DNA from: the human T2T-CHM13v2.0 reference genome, Homo sapiens
Strand: one strand, 5' to 3'
Length of the DNA: 64,000 nucleotides
Assembly: GCF_009914755.1 (NCBI RefSeq)
Contig: NC_060931.1
A program made the position numbers and the translations under genes. Positions within the stretch are counted from its first letter, which is position 1, and each line of letters begins with the position of its first letter. The notes under the pieces were generated by a model that searched no databases, was not told where the DNA came from, and saw only the letters and a program-made list of their open reading frames with translations. Below, in pieces: positions 37,840-52,820 of the stretch.

Positions 37840-38340
37840 CGTTCTCCTTTCTAGCCTCAATTATTTTCAAGTATTCATGGGTCCTCTGCCATAGTGCATA
37901 GTCTAAGCCCGTCATAGTAATCCCATTCCTTTGGGATTGGTTTTGGCACGGGCTTCTGTTGCATGTCTTGGCAATGAGACCTAAGTGGAATTGTGCTAGA
38001 GTGGGGTTGGGATGGGGTGGGTAAGTTTTCCTCATACTGAAAAAAGTACATGAGAAAAAGACTTGCCCTTCCTATGTTTGTACAAAGTTGGAGAAAAATG
38101 TGATGGCTGATACTGTAGCAGCCATCTTGTCACTCTGAGGGGACAAGCTGGAAACCAGCACACAGAGATTAACTAAGCAGAAAGATGAAAAGGTCCCAGG
38201 TCCCCATGATGCTGCTGTGCTGTTGAAGTAACCAATATTGGGGCTACCTATCACTGGACAGCCTGTAATCTGAAATAATAAACCTCTTATTGCTTAAGCC
38301 ACTCTAAGTTGTATATTATTACTTTCCACCAAATGCATGT
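37840..38340 (+). mobile_element. MLT1J/K-type LTR
   Basis: 'gcagccatcttgtcactctgagggga...ttgcttaagccactct'. Confidence 0.7.
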
Positions 38341-38349
38341 AATTTTTGA

Positions 38350-39390
38350 CCCTTTCGTTTTCTACATGGACTTTGTAATCACTGTACCATGTTCCATAAT
38401 CAGGTTGGGATTTTTCAAATTGGGTTTGCATTGAAATTAAATATTAACTTTGGGAGAACTGACATCTTTATGATAATGAATGTTTTAATTCATGAATATG
38501 GTATATGTTTCCATTTATTCAAATCTTCTGCAATGTTTTCCATAAGAATATTTTATATACAAAAGTACATGTTATATTTATTCCTAGACACTATATTGTT
38601 TATGGCTATTAAGTATGTTATCTTTTGTTTGCTAGTAAATGTTGTATGTGATAAATACTGAGATGTAGGGTTACAGTGGAATTTTGTATGTTGATCTTAT
38701 ACCAATCAGCATACAAGACAGAGTTTCGCTTTGTTGTCCCAGCTGGAGTGCAGTCGCTTGATCTCAGCTCACTGCAACCTCCACCTTCTGGGTTCAAGCA
38801 ATTCTCCCACCTCAGCCCCCACCAAATAGCTGGGATTACAGGAATGCACCACCACACCAGCTAATTTTTGTATTTTTAGTAGAGATGGGGTTTCACCATG
38901 TTGGCCAGGCTGGTCGTGACCTCCTAACCATAAGTGATCCACACACCTCAGCCTCCCAAAGTGGTGGGATTACAGGCGTGAGCCTCTGTGCCCAGACAAT
39001 TGTTGTTTTTTTACAGACAGGGTCTCAGGCTATTGCCCAGCCTGGTATGCAATGGCACCACAATAACTCACTGCAGCCTCAAATTTCTGGCTCAAGGGAT
39101 CCTTCTGTCTCAGCCTCCTGGGTAGCTGGGACTACAGACAAACATCACCACACCCAGCTAATTTTTAGATTATCCGGGGATCTTGCCCAGGCTGGTCTTG
39201 AACTCCTGGGCTCAAGCAATCCTCCCACCTCAGCCTTCCAAAGTTCTAGGATTATAAATGTGAGCCACTGAGCCCAGCCTGAATTGTCTTTTTAATTCTG
39301 ATTTTATTTTCAGATAGTCTGTTTGATATTCTTCATAAACGATTACATTATCCAAACAAGGAGAGTTTGTCTTTTCTTTTTCTCTACTGT
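38350..39390 (-). mobile_element. Old L1M ORF2 fragment with AluS (38715-38995, -) and AluJ (39005-39279, -)
   Basis: 'ttgcattgaaatt...ttgggagaactgacatcttta...catgaatatggtatatg'. Confidence 0.75.
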
Positions 39391-39748
39391 GATGATGGAG
39401 ATACCATGGATTCAGTCATGGAGGCCTGTAGTTGCTTGATCCAATTTCCTGTCTGTGTCCTTTCTTCCTGCCCCATCATTCCTTCATGTAAAGCCTATTA
39501 CCACATGCAGTCAGCTTATTTAGCCTAACAAGCCAGTTTGTTTGGGGGGGATAGGGGCTCTCAGTCTAGCCCATAGGTTCAAGCAGTGAACCTGGTTTAC
39601 CACCCGCTCCCCTCACTCCATGCAGGTCACTGTTAGTTCCCTTTAAGGAGTCTAGACGCCCCATTCTAGCATCCCCTGCCTCTTTTCAGACCTGGAACCG
39701 AACCGGCCCATGTTTTAAGCCCCATTTATTGCTTTGCATTTCCGGTCA

Positions 39749-40129
<381 letters not shown>

Positions 40130-40909
40130 TTAATTTTTCTCCTTTATATTTTAATAACCATTGCTTTGTGCTTAGAGCTGAGCGAGTGCCTCAAAGGTTC
40201 AGCAATGCTACCTTGACCAGAAATCATAATTTCAATGTCTATTTTGTAAAGGATTACAGAACTAGCTTCTACTACTGCCGACACTTCATGCAGTAATTAT
40301 CACCAAACACAATGCTACTCAATTTCTACAATGTCTTTCAGGTCCTTGTGCTTGGTAAACACTATACTTGTGTCTGTGTCTGTCACCTGGGTAATGGGAA
40401 TGGAGGTAAATACTATTTTCTGCACCCGAAAAAACTGAGGCCTCTTACTAACCAGACAGCCACAGGACTGTGAGTTCCTCCAATGATAGGGCTGTGCCTT
40501 TTTCATCCTGTGCCTCCTCACGAAAATAACTCAAACCAAACTCTGGGCCCATACCTGGCTTTATTCAACAAGATGTCCCATGAACTGAGGAGACCCCCTA
40601 TTGAGTGCCCTCAGGATCTATGCAGTACCATGGCTTGAGGAAATGAGAGGCTAAAAAGACAGGAATAAGAACCATGATAGTTGATTTTAAGCAAAATAAG
40701 TGAGAAGGAATTGTCGATGGCATTTCATCTAGAAAGTGAATTTTGATTGAGATTTAGATATTTTTTATATGAATCCCCTTATATAAACTAGCTTAGTATA
40801 TAAATATAATCAAAATAGCATTCATTAAAATTGCAAAACTTATTTATTAAAATATGTAAAACAGCCAGCTGCAACAGTAGTGACTAAGAAGTATAAAAAT
40901 AAATTATTT

Positions 40910-41060
40910 TTTTCAACAAATACAAATATGTATTGAGTTCCTACTATGTGCTCACACAGTACAGGAAATGGGGATACAAAGATAAATAAAACAGATCCCT
41001 GTGCAACTAAAAATCCAGTTGGGCCGATTGTTGGGCAAATAAATCATCCAAATATGATGG
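40910..41060 (-). mobile_element. L2 3' end
   Basis: 'atgtattgagttcctactatgtgc'. Confidence 0.6.
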
Positions 41061-41063
41061 GAT

Positions 41064-41386
<323 letters not shown>

Positions 41387-41495
41387 TTAAAAGAGTGTTA
41401 GTTTGAAGAAATACTTGTACCCCTGTGTTCATAGCAGCATTATGCACAATAGCCAAGAGGTGGAAGCAACCTAAGTGTCCAATGACAGATTAATG

Positions 41496-42261
41496 TGTAA
41501 TCGCCCAACCGGGTTCTTCTTGCCTGCTGCCCAGAAAAGTCAATGCAAAACTAGCAGGTTCTGCAGCAAAGAAAGAGTTTAATAAATGTGGGGCCAGCCA
41601 AATGGAAGGACAGGAGATAATTCTCAAATCCGCCTCCCCAAGAATGTGAGGGCTAGGGTTTTTCCAGGATAGTTTGGCAGGCAGGAGCTAGGGAATGGGG
41701 AATGCTGATTGGTTGGGTTGGGATGAAATCATAGGGGCTTGAAAGTGTTTTCTTGCACTGAGTCAGTTCTCGGGTGCAGGTTATGGGTCTGAGTGGTGCC
41801 AGTTGGTTCATACGGAATACAAGGTCTGAAAAATATCTCAAATACCATTCTTAGGTTTTACAATAATGATGTTATCCATAGGGGCAATTGGAAAAGTTAT
41901 AAATCTTGTTACCATTCGCTACATGACTCCTGAGTAGTAAGTAGTTTTTAAAGGCAAGTTATAAAACAATGACTGATTAGAGTTTAATTATGTGTATATC
42001 TTAGCAGAATTCAGACCTCTGTCACAATTCTAACCTTGTGGACTTACGTTAGTTATATGAAAGTGGTTTTGGTCCCTGAGCAAGTAGAGGGGGTTAGTTC
42101 AGGAAAGAAGTATCATCGTCTTTGTTTTGAAGTTAAACTATGAACTAAATTCCTCCCATAATTAGCTTGGAATGAGCAAGTTAGCCTGTGAGGTTAAAAC
42201 AAGATGTAGTTAGTTATGCTACATTTCCTTCACTGTCGTAATTTTTGTATAGGTGGTTTCC
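41496..42261 (-). mobile_element. LTR8-family (LTR8A/B) ERV1 solo LTR
   Basis: Minus strand runs from about GGAAACCACC... to ...GGGCGATTACA; internal 'gaactgactcagtgcaag' and 'ccaatcagca'. Confidence 0.82.
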
Positions 42262-42406
42262 AGTGGATAAATAAAATGTGGTATGTGCATACAATGGATT
42301 ATTATTCAGTCTTAAAAAGAAAGGAAATTCTGACACAGGCTACAACATGGATGAACCTTGGGAACATGTTGCCGAGTGAAATAAGCCAGTCACAACAAGA
42401 CAAATA

Positions 42407-42620
42407 CCTCAAGGTCTCTCTGACCTTCCAACCTTCCCCCCGACCCCCGACCTCTACCAAAGAAATTGAAGTTCCTTTATCTGCCTGAGATCAGTCTTAC
42501 CAAGGAGAACAAGCATTTTCTTCCCCTCTCCGGAAGACCAAGAATGTAACCACAGATGAACAGACCCTTTCACAAGATAGTGCCTGTCTTTCAGACTCAT
42601 TTATGAGACTAATTTATGAG
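42407..42620 (+). repeat. ~200-bp copy of the internal part of the MER39 LTR at 43652-43849 plus filler
   Basis: Includes a 61-nt exact match. Confidence 0.92.
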
Positions 42621-43590
42621 TGTGATTACACTCATGTGAAGTATCTAGAATGGTCAATTCTTAGGAACAGAAAGTAGAATGGTGGTTGCCAGAAGCTGGG
42701 GGAGGAAGGAGAAATGAGAGTTGTTTAATGGGTACAAAGCTTCAGTTTTGCAAGATGGAAAATTTTGGAGATTGATGGTCCAACAATGTGAACACACTTA
42801 ACACAAATGCACAGTAGACTTAAAAGTGGTTAAGATGGCAAATTTTATATTTTGGGTATTTTTTACCACAATTTTAAAAATGTTAAAAAAAAAAAAATAG
42901 TGTTAGCATCCAGAGGGCAGAGGCATTTCTAACATCTTGCAGAATGCCTGATATAATAGTAGGCACTTGATAAATATTTTGCCTCCCCTTGGTTTCTGTG
43001 CCCCATCCTGTGTCCTACACAACAGGACAAAGGCCAAGTCGTTCTGTGAGCCAATTCAGCAAACAAAGGCACTTCTCTCTCCAAGGCACAGAGAAGAATT
43101 TCGAATATTTGTGATTTGAAATTTGTCCTGGTCACACCAACTATTCTTTACTTCTCAGATATGCTTATCTGAGTTCTTTTGGCATTTAACTTGTCTAAAG
43201 ATAGATACTGTTTCTACTTCCCAAAACAGAATTGTGATGGACTTTGTAAGGAAAAAAAAAAAGTGGGAGGAAGTCTGTGAAATGAAATCATTATTAGGCC
43301 ATGGTACAAATGGCTGTCGGGCCCTGGGTTCAGCCCAGCACAGGAGGAAGGGTGAGGTAATTAGCATGGATTTGCAATTCTGCAGCTCGCTTTTGTTCCC
43401 TCCCTCCACTGGCTGTGTCTGATTCTAGTCACTGGGTTTATTCTCTTGTGTTTGTTTTTTTCACTTGGCCAAAAATAGAGAGACAAAAAAAGTTTCCTCA
43501 TACTTACTTCAGCTTTTTACTTTTTTCCTTGTGTGTTTGGTTTCCTCTTACGTGATCCTTCCTTCTTCCTGCCACCTGCTAGTTTCTCTA

Positions 43591-44737
43591 TGGTGGGGCT
43601 CAGAAACCAACATCCCACAATATGGCGCACTGACATGCCGCACTGAGGAATCCTCAAGGTCTCTCTGACCTTCCGACCTTCCCCCCTCACCTCCAATCTC
43701 TACCAAAGAAATTGAAGTTCCTTTATCTGCCTGAGATCAGTCTTACCAAGGAGAACAATTGTTTTCTTTCCCTCTTTGGAAGACCAAGAATGTAACCACA
43801 CATGAACAGACCCTTTCACAAGATAGTGCCTGTCTTTCCACTCATTTATTATTCCAATGAAAACTATTTACAAGTTAATTTCTAGTCCCCATCCTATCAT
43901 TCTCCCTAGTAATCATTTATTGCCCCTCAACAGAATTCTCTTTCTCCCCACTCCCATAACCTGTTTTACAAGGATCAAGCCCCCATTTTTTTCTGTAACC
44001 TCAAGACGGTATCAAAGCTTCTGTATCTCATTGGGAAGCTGGATCTTCATTCTGAAGGCCCTTGTATACATGTAACCGTAATAGGTTCATTGCCCAATGC
44101 CCACGCAAGTCAATATACCGAGACACCTGGTTGGAGCAGAGAAAGAGGTTTAATCATAGGGTCACTGAACAAGGAGATGGGAGAAAAACTCAAACACATC
44201 TCCAGGAGGAATTTGGAGTTAGGGTTATTAAGGGTTTTGGAGTGGGCCAGTGTGGAGGTCATCAGTTGGTAGAAGAGTGTAGCGTGACATCATGGGACAG
44301 GGAGATGAAGCAGCTATTCGCTCATGCTGATCCTCTTCCTCTGTGGGGGGTCTTCAAATTGGTTGCTAGAATTAGAGGTCTAAAAAACATCTTAAGCGAT
44401 CCTTAAACAAAAGCCTTATGATTGATTCTGACGTCAGATATCCCGTCTGGAGGAACAGAGAGGGTACAAATCTTCAGTATCTAGTGACTTTTAGCAACAA
44501 GGAAGTGGGCCAAAGTGCAGCCTGATTAATGCTTATATTTAATTAATGATATTATATAACATATTATGTAATATATTCTATGAATGCACTATGAAATACC
44601 TGTATTTCTGTCCAGAACCTGGCATGCAATTCTTGTCAACCCTGTGTGGGTAGTTTCATGCATATGAAGTAAATTTGTATACCTTTTCTCCCATGTTAAT
44701 CCATCTGCCTCATATCAGTGATTTTGCAGCAAACCTT
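43591..44737 (+). mobile_element. MER39/MER39B (MER34-group) solo LTR split by another LTR
   Basis: 'tggtggggctcagaaacc...cctcaaggtctctctgacc'; resumes at 44659 'aaatttgtataccttttctcc...cagcaaacctt'. Confidence 0.75.
44071..44658 (-). mobile_element. LTR35/MER72-group ERV1 solo LTR
   Basis: TG...CA termini, 4-bp TSD t(a/g)ca; minus strand TGAAACTACCCACACAGGGTTGACAAGAATTGCATG... Confidence 0.7.
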
Positions 44738-45155
44738 TATCTGCTTTTCCTACCTTTCTCAAGAATAGCTTTTCCTTGTGTTCTGTAACCCTGGCTTGGT
44801 GCACAGTATGCGTGATGGACAGGTTGAGTTGCAACACTTGGTGACAGTACAGACATGGAGCCATTGAAAGGGCCTGCGGGGTTTGAATTGAGGGATGCCC
44901 ATTTCTGGTCCAAGCCCTGGGTGGAGCTCCCCATTGTTGGTTCATGGCCCTGGGCGTGCACATGGCCAAGAAGCAGAGTAGAGCAGAGGTGCCCTGCCTA
45001 GTGCTGGAGGAGAAAGGTGTCCAGGCATCTTCCAACCTCCTCATGCCAGTATGCTGAGAGGGTAAGTGCAGGACAGAGCCAATGGAAGACCTCCTTAGAC
45101 TGGGTGAATCATGGAACCAACTGAGGTTTCCATTCTGGAGATTTGATCATGCCAC

Positions 45156-45487
<332 letters not shown>

Positions 45488-45499
45488 TAAATGTAACAC

Positions 45500-46112
45500 T
45501 TAAATAGTTCTTGCTGTGTGACAGACACTGTTCAGACACTGTTCTAAGTGCTTTTATTTTATTTATTTATTTATTTTGACATGGAGTGTTGCTCTGTCGC
45601 CCAGGCTGGATTGTGGTGGTGTGATCTCGGCTCACTGCAACCTCCGCCTCCTGGGTTCAAGCAATTTTCCTACCTTAGCCTCTTGAGTAGCTGGGACTAC
45701 AGGCATGCACCACCATGCCCGGCTAATTTTAGTAGAGATGGGGTTTCACTATGTTGGCTAGGGTGATCTAGTGATCACTTTAAGTGATCTGCCCACCTCG
45801 GCCTCCCGAAGTGCTGGGATTACAGGCCACTGTGCCTGGCCTCTAAGTATTTTTAAATATTAACTCATTTAATCCTTACAACAACCCTGTGAGCTAAGAA
45901 CTACTATTGTCTGAATTTTATGGATGAGGAAAAGGAAACTGAAGCCCAGAGAGGTTAAGGACTTGCTCAGAGTTACCCAGCTGTTACTTCTCTGGTTTAT
46001 AGATGGCACCTTCCTGCTGTGTCCCCACGTGGTGGAAGAAGGGAAGACATCTCTCTGGTATTAGCATCTTTAATACCCGAAGTCATGCTTTTCACTACTC
46101 CACCATGCTGTC
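45500..46112 (-). mobile_element. MIR interrupted by an AluS (45552-45841, -) and an MLT1A-derived 72-bp insert (45987-46058)
   Basis: 'tcatttaatccttacaacaaccctgtgag...gaaactgaagcccagagaggttaagg'. Confidence 0.8.
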
Positions 46113-46388
46113 ACTCTGGTTTATGTAGAGTCTCCCAGGATCTCCTTTGGAGATTTCATGGCTGCTTTTACAAAGCATCTCCCCTAAGGTATAACACTCT
46201 CTGTTGGGTTTGGGCAGTGTGTGTATTCCTCTGAAACTTCTGTGTGCCTCCTGGTGTATCCACTGGCAGTCACGTGTTCACAGGCTTAATTCTGCAGAAG
46301 ACATCAGAATCTGCCCTTCTTTCTCTCCAGGGATAAGGGCACAAGGAAGCCATTTCTACCCATATAAACATTTAAAAATACAATTTCA

Positions 46389-46707
46389 GGCCGGGTACAG
46401 TGGCTCACGCCTGTAATCTCAACATTTTGGGAGGCCAAGGCAGGTGAATCACCTGAGGTCAGGAGTTCAAGACCAGCCTGGCCAACATGGTAAAATCCTC
46501 TTTGCTAAAAATACAAAAAAAAAAAAAAAAAGAAAGAAAATAAAAACTAGCCATGCATGGTGGTGCGCACCTGTAATCCTAGTTACTTGGGAGGCTGAGG
46601 CATGAGAATGGTTTGAACCCCGGAGGTGGAGGTTGCAGAGATCACGCCACTGCACTCCACTTTTGGTGACAGAGCAAGACTCTGTCTCAGAAAAAAAAAA
46701 TAAATAA
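46389..46707 (+). mobile_element. AluSx/Sz
   Basis: TSD aaataca(a/g)tttcag. Confidence 0.93.
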
Positions 46708-47411
46708 ATACAGTTTCAGCATATAACAAGCACTATGCTATCTTCATGGTAAGAAGTGCTCTGCCCCTACATAGGAAAGGATACTACTTTGGGATCTGTT
46801 GCCAATCTGGGTGAGTTTACAGGGATTCTTCCCCACATTCCCCTTTCAGACCCTTGGGAACAGGGTCATGAAATTTTTAGATGGTTGGCTGGAGTCAGGC
46901 AACCAGTTCAGAGCTGTAGGACAGGTTTTCTGGTGAGAGTAGCAAACTGGTCTGGAGACAAGCCCAGGACATTGGCTTCCTTACTCTGGAAGACCGTAGC
47001 CATAGCTCGGAACATCACAGGTACTCTGCTAATCCTCTGAACCTTCCATATGTCCCTCTGGCTGTGCCCCAGATGACTTTGCCTAGTAAAACTGGGTTAG
47101 CAGAGAAGAAAGATTTACAGGAAGTTAGGATGAGCTTGGGTTTCTGCTGCCTACACTAACCCTGACTTGTGTTGCGGGACCAGGCCTCATTGCTACACAG
47201 AGATTTTTCTGTGGCTCTTTCATGCCTCCTGTCAGCTTGCCGCTCTTAATTCCCAAGGCCTCTGCCCATTCTCCATCTCTAAAATGCTTTTCCTGGATCT
47301 TCTTCCCACAGGGCTCTCATGCTGAGCTGGCTGGAACTGATAGCGAATTCTTGCTAAGAAATGAGCTGATCACTTCTGAGTTACAGCCTCAGCTCTATAC
47401 ACTGCATGTGC

Positions 47412-47716
47412 TTTTTTTGTTGTTGTTTTTGTTTTTTTTGAGATGGAGTCTTGCTCTGTTGCCAAGGCTGGAGTACAGTGGTGCGATCTCGGCTTACTCC
47501 AGCCTCCGCCTCCTGGGTTCAAGCGATTCTCCTGACTCAGCCTCCTGAGTAGCTGGGATTACAGGCACACACCACCACACCTGACTAATTTTTGTATTTT
47601 TAATAGAGATGGGTTTCACCATGTTAGTCAGGCTGATCTCGAACTCCTGACCTCGTGATCTGCCCACCTTGTCCTCCCAAAGTGCTGGGATTACAGGTGT
47701 GAGCCGCTGAACCCAC
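47412..47716 (-). mobile_element. AluSg-like
   Basis: Antisense dimer, TSD ctgcat(g/t)tgc. Confidence 0.93.
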
Positions 47717-47773
47717 CTGCATTTGCATCTTAACAGGGACATCAAAACCAAAAAGTTTAAAAACTCAAAGCAC

Positions 47774-48386
<613 letters not shown>

Positions 48387-48446
48387 CCCTCAAAGGAGTG
48401 AACATCTCAGGTTAGGATAACAGGCTCCTTGAAATACTAGAGATTT

Positions 48447-48748
<302 letters not shown>

Positions 48749-48767
48749 CTAGAGATTTGGGGGACGG

Positions 48768-49113
48768 TGTCTTTTAGTCTGTTCAGGCTGCTGTAATAAA
48801 ATACCATAGACTGGATGGCTCATGAACATGTGGAATTTGTTTGTCACAGTTCTAGAGCTGGGAAGCCACAGTCATGGCAGATTCGGTGTCTGGTAAGGCC
48901 TGCTTTCTGATCCATAAGCAGCACCTTCTTGCTGTGTCTCCACATGGTGGAAGGAGGGAAGATATCTCTCCGAGGTCTCTTTTATAAGGGTACTAATCAG
49001 AGCCCCTCATGACCTAATCCCTGCTCAGAGGATCCACTCCTAAAACCATGACTTTGGGGGTTAGATTTTCAATACATGAAATTTGGGGAGAGACAAACAC
49101 TCAGTCCATAGCA
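48768..49113 (-). mobile_element. MLT1A/MLT1A0 solo LTR
   Basis: 'tgtcttttagtctgttcaggctgct...ttttataagggtactaatc...cactcagtccatagca'. Confidence 0.88.
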
Positions 49114-49353
49114 GCTGGAGTCCCAGCCACCTCATATTTTTATATGCATCTAAAACCGGCCCTAATGTCAGTGTCAGGTCCATGGGCCTCCTCAAATCCA
49201 AGATAAAAACATTCACTTTGGAGCAACAGATCTCTCTCTTTCTGAGTTTGTCCTTAGGATTCAGCAAATTCTAAGACCCAGATCAGGGCATGCTAACCAG
49301 TTCCATTTATTGGCAACTGGAGTAGGATCCTTTGTCGAGTTGGGTATTTCCTC

Positions 49354-49361
49354 TGACGTCA
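49354..49361. promoter_or_regulatory. Full CRE palindrome TGACGTCA in unique, relatively GC-rich sequence
   Basis: Exact motif with intact CpG. Confidence 0.3.
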
Positions 49362-50967
49362 CTGGGCTACTCTCAAGGCTCCCCGGTGGGTCTTTGCCAG
49401 GAAAACCTGCATGGAAAAGGAGGCTTGGCCTTCGAGGAAGACGGCCTGTGTCCTGGCAGACTGGGTGTGTCTGCTCCAGGCTGGCCTCTCCTCATGGCTG
49501 CTGGTTTTCTGGACTAATGCACTTTTGACCCAAGAAGGGAAAAAAGGTATAAACAGAGGAGCTAGAGCAGTCAGCTGTTACTGGGTGGGACTTGTGAACT
49601 GGTGGGCTGGTGGCAGCCCCAGCCCTTCCTACTCCCTCAGAGCCTGCTGTCCTTCCTGGCCTCTCTACCCCGCCTGCCTTCCCCCCTCCCTCCCTCCCTA
49701 CTTTCTCCCCAGCCACTTCTCATAAAGACCAGCTGCCTAGGTGACACCTTTTGCTTCTAAAACCTTCCTTGTTGTTCTTCCTTGGCCCCTTTCTCAAAAT
49801 ACACCTCTCTCTTTCCTCCTTCAATGCCAGACTGTTGGCATCTGTCTCCCTGTCTTGTGCAGGCTGCCATCTCTGGCTCACCATGGTTTTATAATTGCCT
49901 CTGGTTAAAGTTTAAATAGATGGGTTTCAGCCCAAGAGAAAAATGTAAACAAGCCCTTTCTGCAGTCTTTCAGAACTGCTGACTTCTAGTGCTTTTGAGT
50001 TCTGTGCTAGGAAATTCATTTTGCTCCTCCCTAACCAAGGAACTGAGAAACGCCATTAGGGCTTTCAGAGCCGTGACAGCCTCTCTGAAACCATTGAGAG
50101 GCTTTTAGATGATCCGCACTTTTCCTTTTAACTCAATTAAGCCATCAGGATCCAGTTCCCATCCTAGCATGTTTATCTAGTGTATTCAGGTGAGAGAATA
50201 GTTCAGCAAATCTTCATGGCCTGGCTTCTGAACAGGAAGGAAATGAAAGGAATTGTCATTTCACTATTGGAGTTTTTTCTATGTGGGAGCAGGGGATTGT
50301 ATTTGTTGTCCCAGGGTTTTTGGTTGATGAAGTTGTCTTGTGAGTCATGAGAATGGGACTATTCCTGGCCAGTACAGAAGGAAAAGGGCAGGCTGGATTT
50401 GAGCTCATGCATTCTGGTATATATCCTCTCATTTGCTGTGTGTTTTTGTTTGTTGGGGTTTTTTTTGTTTTGTTGTGTTTTGTTTTTGGAAGTAAGTGGG
50501 CCATTTATTTTTGAGTCTTGATGAAGAATATTGATTTTCTATATTTTTCTGCTTTGTATACCTTGTGTACTTGTGATCTGATGTCAGAATGGATTCAGCA
50601 ATAATTTGAGATGTTTTGGTCAAGGATTTGATTGGATCTTTGCCTTTCCCACTCAAAAATCTTCCAGAATTCCCCATTTCATGCTCAGACTTTTCTTCAC
50701 AACCTTCTATGGTCGACCTCAAATCTACCATCACTTTTCACTATTCCAACCATACACTGAGTTCATGTGAGCTTTTCTACCCAGCTCCTGTAACCCGTTT
50801 CTTTCCCTGCAGTGTCCTGACACCTGGGACTCCTTCCCTGCTCTGCTCAGCGTCTTATCAGAACGTTCTTCCAGGGTTCTATGAAACCTTCCTTGCCTCT
50901 GGGCACAACCGGAACCAACCACTCCTCCCTTTAGTTCTCCAGCACAAGACAATCCCCTTTATGATAA

Positions 50968-51609
<642 letters not shown>

Positions 51610-51724
51610 TGATTTATTCTGTCCCCCAGTAGGGCCCAGCTTCGTGTGTGGCCCATAATCAGAGCTCAATAAATATCCAATCTTTGTTTTTCATCCTCTT
51701 TTCAACCAAAAGTTAATGTCAACA

Positions 51725-52080
51725 ATTTTTTGTTGTTGTTGAGACAGGGTCTCCCTCTGTTCCCCAGGCTGGAGTGCAGTGGTGCAACCTCCACTCAATG
51801 CAGCCTTAACCTCCCAGGCTCAAGACATCCTCCCACCTCAGCCCCCTGAGTAGCTGGGACTACAGGTGTGCACCACCATACCCAGCTAATTTTATTTTTG
51901 TAGAGACAGGTTTCTGCCATGTTGCCTAGGCTGGTCTCAGCAATAGAACATTCTTATCAGAACATTCTGATGTTCTTATCTTAACATTCTTGAGCTCAAG
52001 ATCTGGGCTCAAGTGATTTGACCACCTCGGCCTCCCAAAGTGCTGGGATTACAGGCATGATGTGCCACCTTGCACCAAAC
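51725..52080 (-). mobile_element. AluJ with a ~60-bp patchwork insertion at 51939-52002
   Basis: Alu interrupted between 'ctggtctc' and 'ctgggctcaagtg'. Confidence 0.9.
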
Positions 52081-52124
52081 CTTATGTCAACATTTAAAAA
52101 ATAGCTCTTGGGAGGAATCAAGAG

Positions 52125-52330
52125 GAATAAAGAAAGGATTTTGGAGTCAGGCAGATTTGGGTTCAAACCTCAGCTCTGCTGCTCTTAGTATTAGGGGTTT
52201 TTCCCTAATTCTTATCCTTTCTCAGCCTCGCTTTCTTCATCTATAAAATGAAGACAATAAGATCTCTTTTATGGGTTTTTGTGAGAATTAAAGTGAAATC
52301 ATGCAAGTAAAGAACCAGACATAGTTACAT
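52125..52330 (+). mobile_element. MIR
   Basis: 'ttggagtcaggcagatttgggttcaaacctcagctctgc...tttcttcatctataaaatg'. Confidence 0.8.
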
Positions 52331-52820
52331 CTCATCCTTACCCTCTCTTGATGGGAAAACAGTTCAAATGTTGAAACACTGTACTCTGGAACATAAGTCT
52401 TATCAATCAATTTAAAAGATCCATGCTACATTTTCCCATCATTAACACAACCTTCCTTGATAGAACAGTTTCTTCTCACTTGTACTCGCAAGTTTTTTAA
52501 AGCCTTATCTTGTAAGTAGGATTGGACTTGTTCACCGAAAATCCAAACTCTGTAAAATCTTCTAAAGAGTTGATTGTGAGCCAGTAGAAGTGACTGTAGC
52601 CCAGAGAAAACAAAAACCCAAGAATTATTGAGTAAGTGGTCCTAAGGTGGTCAGGTTATAGTCTGGTTTTATACATTTTGGAGAGGCAGGGGTTACAGGC
52701 ATAGACATAAATCAATACATAGAAGGTGTACATTGGTTCAGCCCAAAAAGGTGTGACATCTGGAAGCAGAATGTAGGGGGAGGGTGTGGGGCTTAAGCCG
52801 TAGGTGGGTTTTAGGGATTC

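Larger units (their letters stand above)
41410..42897 (+). mobile_element. L1MB 3' end, interrupted by LTR8 and a MER39-derived insert
   Basis: 'gttcatagcagcattatgcacaatagccaagaggtggaagcaacc'...'agaaagtagaatggtggttgccag'...A-tail. Confidence 0.88.
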
